Assembly: GCA_963704165.1 (NCBI GenBank)
Contig: CAVPHD010000006.1
Span: 134,911-198,910, forward strand
Direction of reading: 5' to 3'
DNA: 64,000 nt
From: an uncultured delta proteobacterium
GTDB taxonomy: Bacteria; Myxococcota_A; UBA9160; SZUA-336
In this document: in pieces, positions 54,120 through 64,000 of the stretch
Layout of the letters: each line of letters starts with the position of its first letter
Position numbering within the stretch: position 1 is the stretch's first letter
Program-made: the position numbers and the translations under genes
The notes under the pieces: model-generated
Told to the model about the DNA's origin: nothing
What the model saw: the letters and a program-made list of their open reading frames with translations, nothing else
Database searches by the model: none

Positions 54120-54964
54120 TCAGATCTGTGAGTAGCCGGATCCTCGCACATCGACTCCCAGCCCGCGGCCCTTTTCGATCCAGCCGAACTCCTGGAGGAT
54201 CTGCTGGCTGTAGGTGACGCGGCCGGTCACCTTCTCGAGCGGCTCGGTCGCCAGCAGGAGCGCCGCCCGCGCCATCCACTCGACGGGCTCGCCGTTCGGC
54301 GCGTCGGGGCGATCGAGCAGCTTGTGGTACATGATGCCCGGCGTCGGCACGACCTGCGATGGGCAGACGCAGGTCACGCTGACTCCGTTGCCGTACACCT
54401 CCGCCGCGAGGCCCTGCGTGAAGCGCTCGAGCGCCGCCTTCTCCGCGCCGTAGAGCGTGCCGCCGCGGAGCGGCGTGCCCTGGTACGGCCCGCGCCCCGG
54501 GCCGATCGCGGCGCCGGACGAGATGTTCACGATCGCGCCGGACCCGCGCGCGATCATGTCCTCGAGCACGAGCCGGCTCAGGAAGAACGGGCCGTGCAAG
54601 TTCACCGCGAACGAGCGCAGCCACTTCTCGACCGGAAAGTCCGTGACCGGAATGAAGTAGGTGAGCGCCGCGTTGTTCACGAGCACGTCGATCGGCCCGA
54701 GCCGTTCGCGCGTCGTGCGGACGATCCGCTCGCACTCGGCGAGGACGAGATGTCGCCCGCGACCGCGATCGCCTCGCCGCCGGCCTCGGCGATCTCGGCC
54801 ACCGTCGCGTTCGAGCGAGCCCTCGAGGCGGTGCTCGCCCTCTCGAGCGTGCGCGCCGCGCACACGACGCGCGCGCCCTCGGCCGCGAAGAGCTGCGCGA
54901 TCTCCGCGCCGATGCCGCGGCTCGCGCCGGTGACGATCACGACCTTGCCGTCGAGCTTGCCCAT
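54120..54964 (-). CDS. SDR-family oxidoreductase, frameshifted
   Basis: TGASRGIG, VNNAA, YGAEK across two or three frames. Confidence 0.85.
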
Positions 54965-54975
54965 GCAGCGTCCTC

Positions 54976-57345
54976 CTAGAGATTCCCGTAGCGCGCGAGA
55001 TCATAGATGCCCGCTTCCGTCGGCTGTCGCCGGCGCAGATCCTCACGGAGCCAGTCGGACGTCGCCCAGAACCGCGAATCCGTGCGGCGGATCCCGTAGC
55101 GATCGACGAAGCGCCCGAGATCCGTGTCGGAGCCGACCGCGCGCAGCGCATCGACGAACTCGCCCACGTTCGCCGAGGTCGACGCTGAAGAAGAAGTTCG
55201 GATAGCTGCCGAACTGACCCCGCACGACCGTCACGGTGTCGTCCGCCGGCAGACGGTGCGACTCCTCGCCGAACATGAACGCGACGTTCTCGTGCGCGTC
55301 GTTGTGGATCAGGCTGTAGACGAGATCGCGTGAGCCCGTCGGATCGACGCGCACGCGCAGGAACGAGACCTGCGGGAGCGTGGCGACCCACGGGCCCTCG
55401 ATCGACGCGAGTCGCTGAAGCTCGCGCTTCGACCGCTCGCTCCTCGGGCGTCGCATCGGCGCGCAGGCACGGCGGCTTCGTGCAGCGGTTCAGCGTATCC
55501 GGCGGACCCGACACGGCCGGCGTGCGCGCGAGGATCTTCTCGATCAGCTGCATCTTCACGTCGCCCGACTCGAACTCGATCTGCGTGCCGTGATCGAGGC
55601 CGCGCATCCGATTGGCGAAGTAGTAGTCGAGCTGGTGCGTCGCGCCGACGTACCAGGATGCGCGGATCGTCTTGCGCTGCTCCTGCGGCAGGAAGCCGAG
55701 GAACAGGTTCTCCCCCTGCATGCGCAGGTGATCCATGTAGAGCCGCGTCGAGACCTGGTGCGTGACGTTCCCGTAGACGTCGAAGCCCGCGACCAGGTCG
55801 TAGTAGAGCCGCTCGAAGAGCGGGAAGTCGATGACCCATGCGGTCTTCGGGATCTCGCCGACGAAGCCGCGCACGACGGTCGCGTTGTCGAAGTTCCGGA
55901 AGACGGTGAGCTGGGCGTTGGTGTTCGAACCGTCGCCGTCCCAGATCCAGTCGAGCGCGGGACCGATGTGTTTGGGATCGAGTTCGTCGTAGGCGGCCTG
56001 GCGGGCGTTCAGGTACTCGTGCTGATCGATGCGCGTAGGCGAGGAAGAGCTCTCCCGGCAGGAGCGTGCCTTCGTGTTCGGCGGCAGCGCGAGCAGGGAC
56101 TTGCGTCCGCGTCAGGAAGTCCGGATCGACCACCGAAAGATCGCGGTCCGGATCGAGGAAGCTGACGAAGAACTGGTCCTCGATCACGTCGACCGCGACC
56201 TGGCCGCGACACACGGGACCACGGATGAAGGTCATCACGAAGTACTGTGCATCGTCGAGCATGTACTGGTAGCGGCTGCGCGGCGGGGATCTGGTCGAAG
56301 GCGACGAACGGATTCGATGCCTCTTCGGCGCCGTAGCCGGGAACCCGCGTCGCCGTCCAGACGGGCGCGAGGAAGAGCTCCTTCAGGCGCGCGCAGCCGC
56401 TTCGGACCGAGCGCGTACACGATGTGCGTCTTGTGGACGATGCTCGATTCGATCGGCGCGCAGCCGGTACCAGAGCTGCGGACCCGGGTCGTCGTAGGGG
56501 CGGACGCGTCGCGATCTCGTCGATCGGCTGCCCCGGCGCGGTGCGCGAGCGCACGATCCGGAAGAACGGACCGGTCGGATGGTCGTCGAAATACAGATCG
56601 GCCACGAACCAGTGCTCGAAGAGGTAGCGGCTCGTGATTCGCTGCTTTAGCGACGGCCCGTTCAGGAATGCCTCCCACTCCTTCACCTGCGCGTCCAACT
56701 TCGTCGCGGGTGCGGGCGCGGAGGAGGGCTTCGCGCCCTGCGCGATCCAGGCGACCAGGGTTGCGAGCTCGTCGTCGCGCGAGCGGCGCCACGCCGTACG
56801 GCATGCCCCCGAGTGGCTGCGCGCGCGCGTAGGACTCGAATTCGTCCGCCCTCTGCGCAGGTCAGCTTGCGATCGATGTCGAGCCCGACCGACTCGGGCA
56901 GCTTCGTCCCCGCCGCGAACGGATTCGCCTTCCCGAGCGCGAGCATGCGCAGGAGCAGCGCGGACCCGTCGGTGACGGAGAAGAAATCCTTCGCCCGCCA
57001 CGCGTCGGGGCCGTGCGCATCGACGAAGAGCCGCGTCGGATCCTTCGCTCGCAATCGCGCGGAGTCGTACACGGGCTGCTTCGTCGCGCCGCGCATCGCG
57101 CCTTCGTGCGACGAGAGCACGAGCTGACACGGAGCATCGTTGCACGCGTGACAGACGACGCAGCGGTTGTCGAGAACCGGCTTCACCTCGGACGCGAAAT
57201 CCACCGGCCGATCGAGCCCTTCGAGCAGCGGCAGAGCCACGGGCTGCTGCGCCGAGGTGTCTCGAGCTTCTTGCAGGCAACCCACGAATCCCGCAGACGA
57301 GAGAGCGAGCACGGCGACGCCGACGAAGACGGAACGCGAAATCAT
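54976..57345 (-). CDS. cti: Fatty acid cis/trans isomerase (heme c), multiple frameshifts
   Basis: RCVVCHACNDAPCQL (CxxCH), RYLFEHWF, TFIRGPVCRGQVA, GFDVYGNV.HQ..TRLYMDHLR, GSYPNFFF, YDLARYGNL. Confidence 0.88.
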
Positions 57346-57398
57346 CCTGACCTCCGCGGCCGATACTACCCCGAGCGCCGATCCGGTAGGATGCACGC

Positions 57399-57783
57399 AT
57401 GAACGGGTTCCTGATCCGGTTGGCGATCGGCATGCTCGGTCTGTGGGTCGCGCAGACGATCGTGCCTGGGATGACGATCACGGGCGTCGGAACGCTCGCG
57501 CTCGCCGCGCTTCTTCTGGGCATCGCCAACGCGGTCGTGCGCCCGCTTGCTCGTGATCCTGACGCTGCCGATCACGCTGCTCACGCTCGGGCTCTTCCTC
57601 CTGGTCGTGAACGCGGCGATGCTCGGGCTCGTCGCGTCCCTGCTCGAGGCGTTCACGATCTCGGGCTTCTGGTCGGCGTTCTTCGGCTCGTGCGTCGTCA
57701 GCGCCGTGTCCTGGCTCGCGTCGGGCTGGATCGGGGACAGCGGCCGGTTCGAGGTGCTGGTCATCGAGCGGCACGACGACTGA
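57399..57783 (+). CDS. YvlD/DUF360 (4-TMS holin-like) membrane protein, one frameshift
   Basis: LLGIANAVVRP, LTLPITLLTLGLFLLVVNA, ISGFWSAFFG. Confidence 0.85.
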
Positions 57784-57813
57784 ACGTCGGGCGCGCGACG
57801 AGAGGGGAATTCC

Positions 57814-59006
57814 ATGACGCTCGCGAACGAGAAGATCCTGGCCGAGGCTCGCGACGAGCTGCCGCGCGCCGTCTCGCTGCGCCGCCGCATCCACGCGAAT
57901 CCGGAGCTCGGGCTCGATCTGCCGGAGACGACGGCCGCGGTCCTCGAGTCGCTCGCGGGCATCGACCTCGAGCTCGACGCGCAGTCGCAAGACGAGCGGC
58001 CTCGTCGCGACGCTGCGCGGCACGCGACCCGGTCCGACGCTGCTGCTGCGCGCCGACATGGATGCGCTGCCGATGCCCGAGGACACCGGCCTCGAGTTCG
58101 CGTCGCGAAATGCCGGGCGAATGCACGCCTGCGGTCACGACGCGCACACCGCCATGCTCGCGGGCGCGGTGCGGCTGCTCGACCGTCACCGCGACGTGCT
58201 CGCCGGCGACGTGCTGTTCATGTTCCAGCCCGGAGAAGAAGGCTTCGCCGGCGCGCGCGTGATGCTCGACGAGGGTCTCTTCGACCCGACGTCGATCTCG
58301 CGCGCCTTCGCGATCCACATCGATCCGCGCATTCCGGTCGGCCGCCTCGCGTCGAGGCCGGGCGCGCTGCTCGCGTCCGCCGACGGCCTCGCGATCCGGC
58401 TCGTGGGACGCGGCGGCCACGCCTCGATGCCGCACGACACGATCGATCCGGTTCCCGTCGCGTGCGAGATCGTGACCGCGATCCAGACGCTGGTGACTCG
58501 CCGCATCGACGCCTTCGACCCGGTCGTGATCACGGTGACCCGGATCGCCGCGGGCACGACCGGCAACGTGATTCCGGAGTCGGTCGAGATGCTCGGCACG
58601 ATCCGCGCGACCTCGGCGCGCGCCGCGCGCGAACGCGCACGCCGGACTGCGCCGCGTCGTCGAGGGAATCGCGGCCGCGCACGAGGTCAAGGCGAAAGTC
58701 GAGATTCAAGAGGGCTATCCGGTGACGGTGAACGACGCGGCCGCGGCCGAGTTCGCGCGCGAGGTCGCGAGCGATCTGCTCGGCGAGGACGCGTTCATTC
58801 CGATGCCGCAGCCGGTGATGGGCGCCGAGGACTTCTCGTTCGTGCTCGAGCGCATTCCCGGCGCGATGGTCTTCCTCGGAGCGCGGCCCGACGGCGTCGC
58901 TCCCGCGCCCTGTCACTCGAACCGGATGGTGCTGAACGAGGAGGGCATGGTTTCGGGGATCGCACTCCACGCCGCGCTGGCCCTGCACGCGCTCGCGATC
59001 GCCTGA
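57814..59006 (+). CDS. M20 family amidohydrolase, frameshifted
   Basis: HANPELG, RADMDALP, MHACGHDAH, FQPGEE, GGHASMP, GAEDF. Confidence 0.9.
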
Positions 59007-59015
59007 GCTGGGGCC

Positions 59016-59849
59016 ATGATGAAATCCAGAATCGCCCTGCTCACGGTTCTCGTCGCGCTGCTCATCGGCTCCATCTCGCTCGCCGCGGAGCGCGAGCTGC
59101 TCCTCGCCACCACCACGAGCGTGCAGGATTCCGGCCTGCTCGACGTTCTCCTACCCGACCTGACCCGGGAAACGGGCGTGAAGGTGCGCGTGATCGCCGT
59201 CGGCTCCGGCGCCGCGCTGCGCATGGGCGCGGACGGAAACGCCGACCTCGTGCTCTCGCACGCACCGGCGGCGGAGGACGAGCTTCTGAAGCAGGGCGTC
59301 TTCAGCGCGCGTCACACATTCATGGAGAACCACTTCCTGATCGCCGGTCCCGCCTCGGACCCCGCCGCCGTGCGCGATTCGAAGAGCGGCGCCGATGCGT
59401 TCCAGCGCATCGCCGCGGCCCGCGCGGCGTACGTCAGCCGCAGCGACGAATCGGGCACGCACAAACGCGAGCAGGAGCTTCTGCGCGCGGCGGGGCTCGA
59501 CCCGGTGCCGGGCTGGCCCGGCGTCGTCCGCACGGGCGCCGGCATGGGCCAGACGCTGCTCGTCGCCGGCGAGAAGAACGCCTACACGCTCTCCGACGTC
59601 GGCACGTTCCTCGCCTTCGAGAAGCGCACCGGGCTCGAACGACTGACGGGCGCGACCGACGATCTCCGCAACGTCTACGCGCTGCTTCCCGTGAATCCCG
59701 AGAAGTTTCCCGGCCGGATCCACGCCGAGGCCGCGAACGCCGTCCTCGAATGGTTCCTGCGCCCGGCCACCTCGCGCAAGATCGCCGAGTTCGGCCGGCA
59801 GAAGTACGGCGCGCCGCTCTTCCGCCCGCTCGAGCTCGACGCGGACTAG
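59016..59849 (+). CDS. tupA: Tungstate ABC transporter substrate-binding protein
   Basis: Signal peptide; LATTTSVQDSGLL (TTTS signature), SRSDESGTH, GAGMGQTL. Confidence 0.88.
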   Translation: MMKSRIALLTVLVALLIGSISLAAERELLLATTTSVQDSGLLDVLLPDLTRETGVKVRVIAVGSGAALRMGADGNADLVLSHAPAAEDELLKQGVFSARHTFMENHFLIAGPASDPAAVRDSKSGADAFQRIAAARAAYVSRSDESGTHKREQELLRAAGLDPVPGWPGVVRTGAGMGQTLLVAGEKNAYTLSDVGTFLAFEKRTGLERLTGATDDLRNVYALLPVNPEKFPGRIHAEAANAVLEWFLRPATSRKIAEFGRQKYGAPLFRPLELDAD

Positions 59850-59916
59850 GCCCCCGCCCCGGACCCGGCCGGAATTCGCGCCCGGTCGTACAATCGCGGC
59901 CCACACTGGAGGGGAC

Positions 59917-60113
59917 ATGACGGAAACGACCGGCGGCGAGGTACTCGCGCGGATGCTCGCGGCAGAGGGGGTCGAGAAGTTCTTCGGCATCGTCGACGGC
60001 ACCTACACGCAGCTCTTCGCGTGGTGCGTCGAGCTCGGAATGGAGCTGGTGACGCCCCGCCACGAATCGATCGCGCTGCACATGGCCGGCGCCTACGCGC
60101 GCGAATGACCGGA
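59917..60113 (+). pseudogene. Truncated thiamine pyrophosphate-binding (ALS-like) gene, N-terminal ~65 codons only
   Basis: TGGEVLARMLAAEGVEKFFGIVDG...RHESIALHMAGAYAR(MTG); ends at the GC discontinuity. Confidence 0.8.
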
Positions 60114-60266
60114 ATTTTCTCATTTGATTTACACAGCATTCTAAAGAGACTGTCGAAAAACCCTTTTGTAAAGAGCGTTTCTTAGTCTGTTGTATCAGAT
60201 TTTATGAAATGTATGTGAGGTTCAACTTTTTTGGTGGGAATACCTACTTATCTTCCTGTTTGGTCT

Positions 60267-61793
60267 CTATCCTTCTGCTAACGCAGTCCCAAAGTTTGCT
60301 ATCTTTTCTATGTTGTGTACCATACAGTAGAGTAACCACTGGATGTTTACCTTGACTTTCCCTCTCAGGGTAAAGCGGTCCAACCGCTTTTGTGTTCGTA
60401 TATTGGCAAATACCGGCTCCACTATCTTTATGCGATGTGGATAGATCTCCCGTGCTCGCTCGGTGTCCATTTTCGCTGCCATCTCTTGTGAGTAATTTCG
60501 CCGGTTTGATTTAATCGGTATAGCTAAGTACTTCCGTTTGCCTTTTTTACCCTTCTTGCTAATGCATCCCTCCCGGTGTGTACATACCTCACAATCTCGT
60601 GGATCTGCACGGTATGCCAAATACATCGTTCCCCATCGTGTGTTATAACTTCGTGTATGCCGTTTTAACTTCTTTCCTGCAGGGCATTCATATTCATCTG
60701 TTTCTCCATCATATCTAAAGTCTTCCGGCAGGAATTTTCTTCGCCGGCTTTCTATGGATGATTTCTTAACTCCAAGACGTGGATGTCTTTTGCGGTAGTT
60801 CTTATCCGGTATGTAGGCGTCTATTACCTCTTCTTCACATCTCTTAATGCTCTCACCGCTGTGATAGCCCATGTCTGCTGTCAAAATCGTATCCTTAAAA
60901 TACTCCTCATCCTTGCCGATCGCTTTTATGTTCTCCTGTGCTTCTGTTAGTACCGGTTCCAGGTGATACTGATCCTGTCCCGACCCAAAGGCTTCTCCTC
61001 CTACGATTACCTGGTGCTTTGCATCTACCAGGGCCTGTCCATTATACCCCTGGATCGTTCCATGGGAGGTCGTCATCATTGCTGATTCATTATCCGTTAC
61101 GTTACTTTGTACTTCCTTGCGCTGCTTGCCTGGTTTCGGTTCGTTCTTCTCCAAAAACTGCTCTATCTTCGCTGCCTGCTTCCTGAGCTTCTCTCTATAC
61201 TTAGCTTTTCGTTTTTCTTCCTGTGTCTCCGTTCCTCCCTTCTTATCTGCCTCAACCTGTTCAGAAAGCATGGTCTCTACCCGCCGCTCCAGCTTCTCCT
61301 TCTTCGCCTTTAAGGTTGCAAAGGTCCCACTCCACCGCCTTGATGCATTTGAGGGTAGTTTACAACCATCAAGGGAGAACTCCGTTCCTCCAAGCAGCTT
61401 CATCTCTTCACATGCGAGCAATACATCCCCAAAAAGTGGTTTTATCTCTTCTTTCATGCTTGATACAAACGCTGCTATCGTGCTGTGGTCTGGCTGCTGA
61501 CCACAGGAAAGTGCCATGAAGGTTACATTTTTCTTGCACTCCCGTTCTATCTTTCTCGAATGCACTATCCCCCGTGCATAGGCCAGCAGTATGATTTTGA
61601 GTAACATCCTGGGATTATAGGCCTTGCATCCTGTTTCATCATTCTTGAACTTCTCATCAAATCGAGTCATATTCATGCGTTCTTCTACCAGCATGTTGAT
61701 GGCAAATTCTATGGTACCTTCCACGAGCTGGTCATCTAATGCAATAGGCACCATCATGGTTTGGGAATAGTTGCAGGACTTATACTTCGCCAT
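60267..61793 (-). CDS. IS1182-family DDE transposase (intact)
   Basis: YNPRMLLKIILLAY, SRKIE, PDHSTIA, LDGCKL, TDNES, GYNGQ, ADMGY, VEPVF, HNIEK. AAGGAGAGG RBS. Confidence 0.95.
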   Translation of the reverse strand: MAKYKSCNYSQTMMVPIALDDQLVEGTIEFAINMLVEERMNMTRFDEKFKNDETGCKAYNPRMLLKIILLAYARGIVHSRKIERECKKNVTFMALSCGQQPDHSTIAAFVSSMKEEIKPLFGDVLLACEEMKLLGGTEFSLDGCKLPSNASRRWSGTFATLKAKKEKLERRVETMLSEQVEADKKGGTETQEEKRKAKYREKLRKQAAKIEQFLEKNEPKPGKQRKEVQSNVTDNESAMMTTSHGTIQGYNGQALVDAKHQVIVGGEAFGSGQDQYHLEPVLTEAQENIKAIGKDEEYFKDTILTADMGYHSGESIKRCEEEVIDAYIPDKNYRKRHPRLGVKKSSIESRRRKFLPEDFRYDGETDEYECPAGKKLKRHTRSYNTRWGTMYLAYRADPRDCEVCTHREGCISKKGKKGKRKYLAIPIKSNRRNYSQEMAAKMDTERAREIYPHRIKIVEPVFANIRTQKRLDRFTLRGKVKVNIQWLLYCMVHNIEKIANFGTALAEG

Positions 61794-61840
61794 AGCCTCT
61801 CCTTGTTTGTTGTGTTTTCTGCTGCTATGGCTCTAGTATA
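61789..61840 (-). promoter_or_regulatory. IS copy A transposase promoter (-10 TATACT) and start-codon hairpin
   Basis: TGaTATACT on the minus strand (61840-61835); 8-bp inverted repeat 61789-61796 / 61824-61831 covering the ATG. Confidence 0.65.
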
Positions 61841-62032
61841 TCATAGGGTGGCTTTACGACGAGGGAAAATCTGCAAACAGGGGGACTTTTTCGACAGTCT
61901 CAAATAAATTATACAATCGTCTGGTGAAAAGCCGACTATAACATTTTTGCGAGGCTGTCGAAAAACCTCCCTTTCTCCACATAAAAGTACACCTACCTCA
62001 AGTTTTCCCATCGTTGTAAAGCCCACCTATGG

Positions 62033-62091
62033 TATACTGTTGCCATAGCATACATAGATCTCACAAGCAAGGAGAGGAAAGGCTATGGCAA
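62033..62091 (+). promoter_or_regulatory. IS copy B transposase promoter (-10 TATACT) and start-codon hairpin
   Basis: TGgTATACT extended -10; TTGCCATAGC (62040-62049) is complementary to GCTATGGCAA (62082-62091), which contains the ATG. Confidence 0.65.
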
Positions 62092-63602
62092 AGTACAAAT
62101 CCTACAATTATTCTCAAACCGTTATGCTGCCTGTATCTTTAGAGATCAGCTTATGGCCAATACCATCGAATTTGCCATCCATACGTTGGTAGAAGATAAG
62201 ATGGATATGTCACGGTTTGATGAGCGGTATAAGAATGATGAAACAGGACGCAGCGCCTACGATCCAAAGGTTTTATTAAAGATAGTGCTTTTAGCTTATG
62301 CACGGGGGATATTCACCTCACGAAAGATAGAGCGGGCATGCAAGGAGAATGTGGTTTTCATGGCGCTCTCGTGCGGTCAGGAACCTGACCACAGTACGAT
62401 TGCCCCGTTTGTATCCTCTCTGCAAGAAGAAATAGTGCCCTTATTCAGGGACGTGTTACTGGTCTGTGATGAGATGAATTTGCTTGGGGGAACAGAGTTT
62501 GCGTTGGATGGGTTAAAGCTGCCATCGAATGCATCGAAGAAGTGGAGTGGAACGATAGGGAATTTAAAACGTAAGCAAGAGAAATTAGAAGAAAAAGTGA
62601 GGCAGCTGCTTACAGCTCAGATAGAAGGAGACAAGAAGGAAGAAGCTAGTCAGGCGGAGGATGAAAAACGCAAGAGACAAGCCGATCGATTGCGAAAAGA
62701 GGCAGAGAGGATAGGGAAATGGCTAAAAGAAAATGAAGCGAAAATGGGAAAGCAGGGACGAGAGATACAGAGTAATGTAACAGATAACGATTCTGCAAAG
62801 ATGATGACCTCACACGGAACGATACAAGGCTACAATGCACAGGCATTGGTAGATGAAAAGCACCAGGTGATAGTACAGGGAGAGGCAAGTGGCAGCGGAC
62901 AGGATCATCAGCATATACCTCCGGTTATCGATGAAGCGAAGAAGAACATGCAAGCCCTTGGTCATGATGAGCACTACTTTGAAGGGACAACGGTTACAGC
63001 AGACAGCAATTATCACAGTGAGGTAAATATCAAAAAGTGTATCGAGGAAGAACTGGATGCGTATATACCGGATAAGGACTTTCGCAATAGAGATCCACGG
63101 TTTGAGGACCAAAAAGAGCGCTATAAATCAAAGAAGGCGAGAAAGTACCACGTGGAGGATTTTCGCTATGATGAAGAAAGAGATCGGTATATTTGTCCCC
63201 AGGGCGAAGAACTTCGCTGTACGGCAAAAAGGATACGACAACGCGGCGGCAAGATCTATCGTCAATACAGAGGTGATCCAGGATATTGCGGAGGCTGTAT
63301 TGCAAAGAGACTGTGTATCAAGCGTAAGGGAGGAGATCGCAAGTACTTATTAGTGCTGGTGGGAGAGAGAAGAAAGAAACTACTCGAAGGAAATGATAGC
63401 AAAGATTGATACGGAGCATGGGAGGAAGTTGTACCCTCACCGAATTGCAATAGTGGAGCCGGTGTTTGGCAACATACGAACGAACAAGCGGTTGGACCGC
63501 TTTACCCTGAGAGGGAAGATCAAGGTAAATATCCAGTGGTTATTGTATTGCATGGTACATAACATAGAAAAGATAGTAAACTTTGGATACGCAACAGTAT
63601 AA
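62085..63602 (+). CDS. IS1182-family transposase with two frameshifts (~62144 and ~63370)
   Basis: Starts MAKYKSYNYSQT like copy A; collinear homology through to HNIEKIVNFG. Sequencing error and true pseudogene cannot be distinguished. Confidence 0.88.
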
Positions 63603-63812
63603 AGCATACGAGAGGGGGTGATAGTAGCAGGGAAAAATTGAGTAACGATTTGATTCACTGACACTAAAATTTTCAAAAAATCACTTTCAAGGAAACAGGT
63701 GATTTCTAAGAAGGGTTTTTCAACAGGCACTGCAGGATGTTACAATTTTCGTCCCAATTTCGGAAACACTAGATATTGGGGTGACACAAGAAAAGGCAGA
63801 GCCAATTAAGAC

Positions 63813-63982
63813 GAGCCGATCGCTTAACGTGTTGAAGTATTCTTAATCGCTTGATTTTTAGGTGGAAAAAAGGAGAATCTATCGACAGAATATTTTTCTG
63901 CGAGTTTTCACCTTTATTGCATCTAAAAACAACATGTTAAGGACAGTTAAGGCGATTCGTCAACACGTTAAGCGATCGGGTA
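63813..63982. mobile_element. 170-bp MITE-like non-autonomous element
   Basis: Perfect 20-bp IR CCGATCGCTTAACGTGTTGA (63816-63835 / 63960-63979) flanked by the 12-bp direct repeat GCCAATTAAGAC (63801-63812 / 63983-63994). Confidence 0.85.
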
Positions 63983-64000
63983 GCCAATTAAGACCCTGCC

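Larger units (their letters stand above)
60146..61901 (-). mobile_element. IS1182-family insertion sequence, copy A
   Basis: Perfect 15-bp terminal IR GAGACTGTCGAAAAA (60146-60160 / 61887-61901); flanking AAA direct repeat. Confidence 0.92.
61951..63730 (+). mobile_element. IS1182-family insertion sequence, copy B
   Basis: Imperfect IRs GAGGCTGTCGAAAAACC vs GTGCCTGTTGAAAAACC (14/17 match); flanking TGC direct repeat (61948-61950 / 63731-63733). Confidence 0.88.

Noticed and set aside
57399..57783. Holin-like gene as evidence of a prophage
   Set aside because: YvlD/DUF360 genes are common chromosomal genes; no endolysin, structural or integrase gene nearby.
60128..61917. Sigma70 promoter (TTTACA...TATACA/TACAAT) interrupted by IS copy A
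   Set aside because: Spacing or consensus is imperfect, such matches are frequent in AT-rich DNA, and no downstream gene is visible.
60146..63730. Composite transposon formed by the two IS elements
   Set aside because: The elements are non-identical, have separate direct repeats, and enclose only 49 bp with no cargo.

Overview
About 60 kb of very GC-rich bacterial DNA (Myxococcota-like by gene content; inference only), followed by an abrupt switch at ~60,113 to AT-richer, IS-dense DNA. 1-9,976 is an aryl-polyene (APE)-type type II FAS/PKS cluster in two divergent arms (halogenase-like gene, FabG, hotdog dehydratase, acyltransferases, GT2, AMP-ligase/dehydratase fusion, two ACPs | LolA-like, MMPL, DUF3261); no ketosynthase is in the window. 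Abutting it is the most interesting element: a heavily frameshifted cassette of discrete genes for a third ACP, a stand-alone condensation-like acyltransferase, an FAD oxidoreductase and a second AMP-ligase, divergent from a coupled halogenase / phytoene-desaturase-like / GH29 operon. The middle holds mostly housekeeping and transport genes (cstA, ABC-2, serC, hppA, tupBC and a distant tupA, dsbD, htpX, ygiQ, rhlE, RND pump with persulfide dioxygenase-rhodanese, cti), an orphan three-repeat secreted protein and a c-type cytochrome lipoprotein. Many genes have a TANNNT box 6-7 nt before the start codon (leaderless-like). The right end has two head-to-head IS1182-family elements (3-bp direct repeats, conserved start-codon-sequestering hairpin) and a 170-bp MITE; two of the three insertions duplicate the loop of a hairpin target. 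Indels cluster in patches and look like long-read errors. No rRNA, tRNA or CRISPR array seen. Family assignments come from motif recognition by eye, not database searches.
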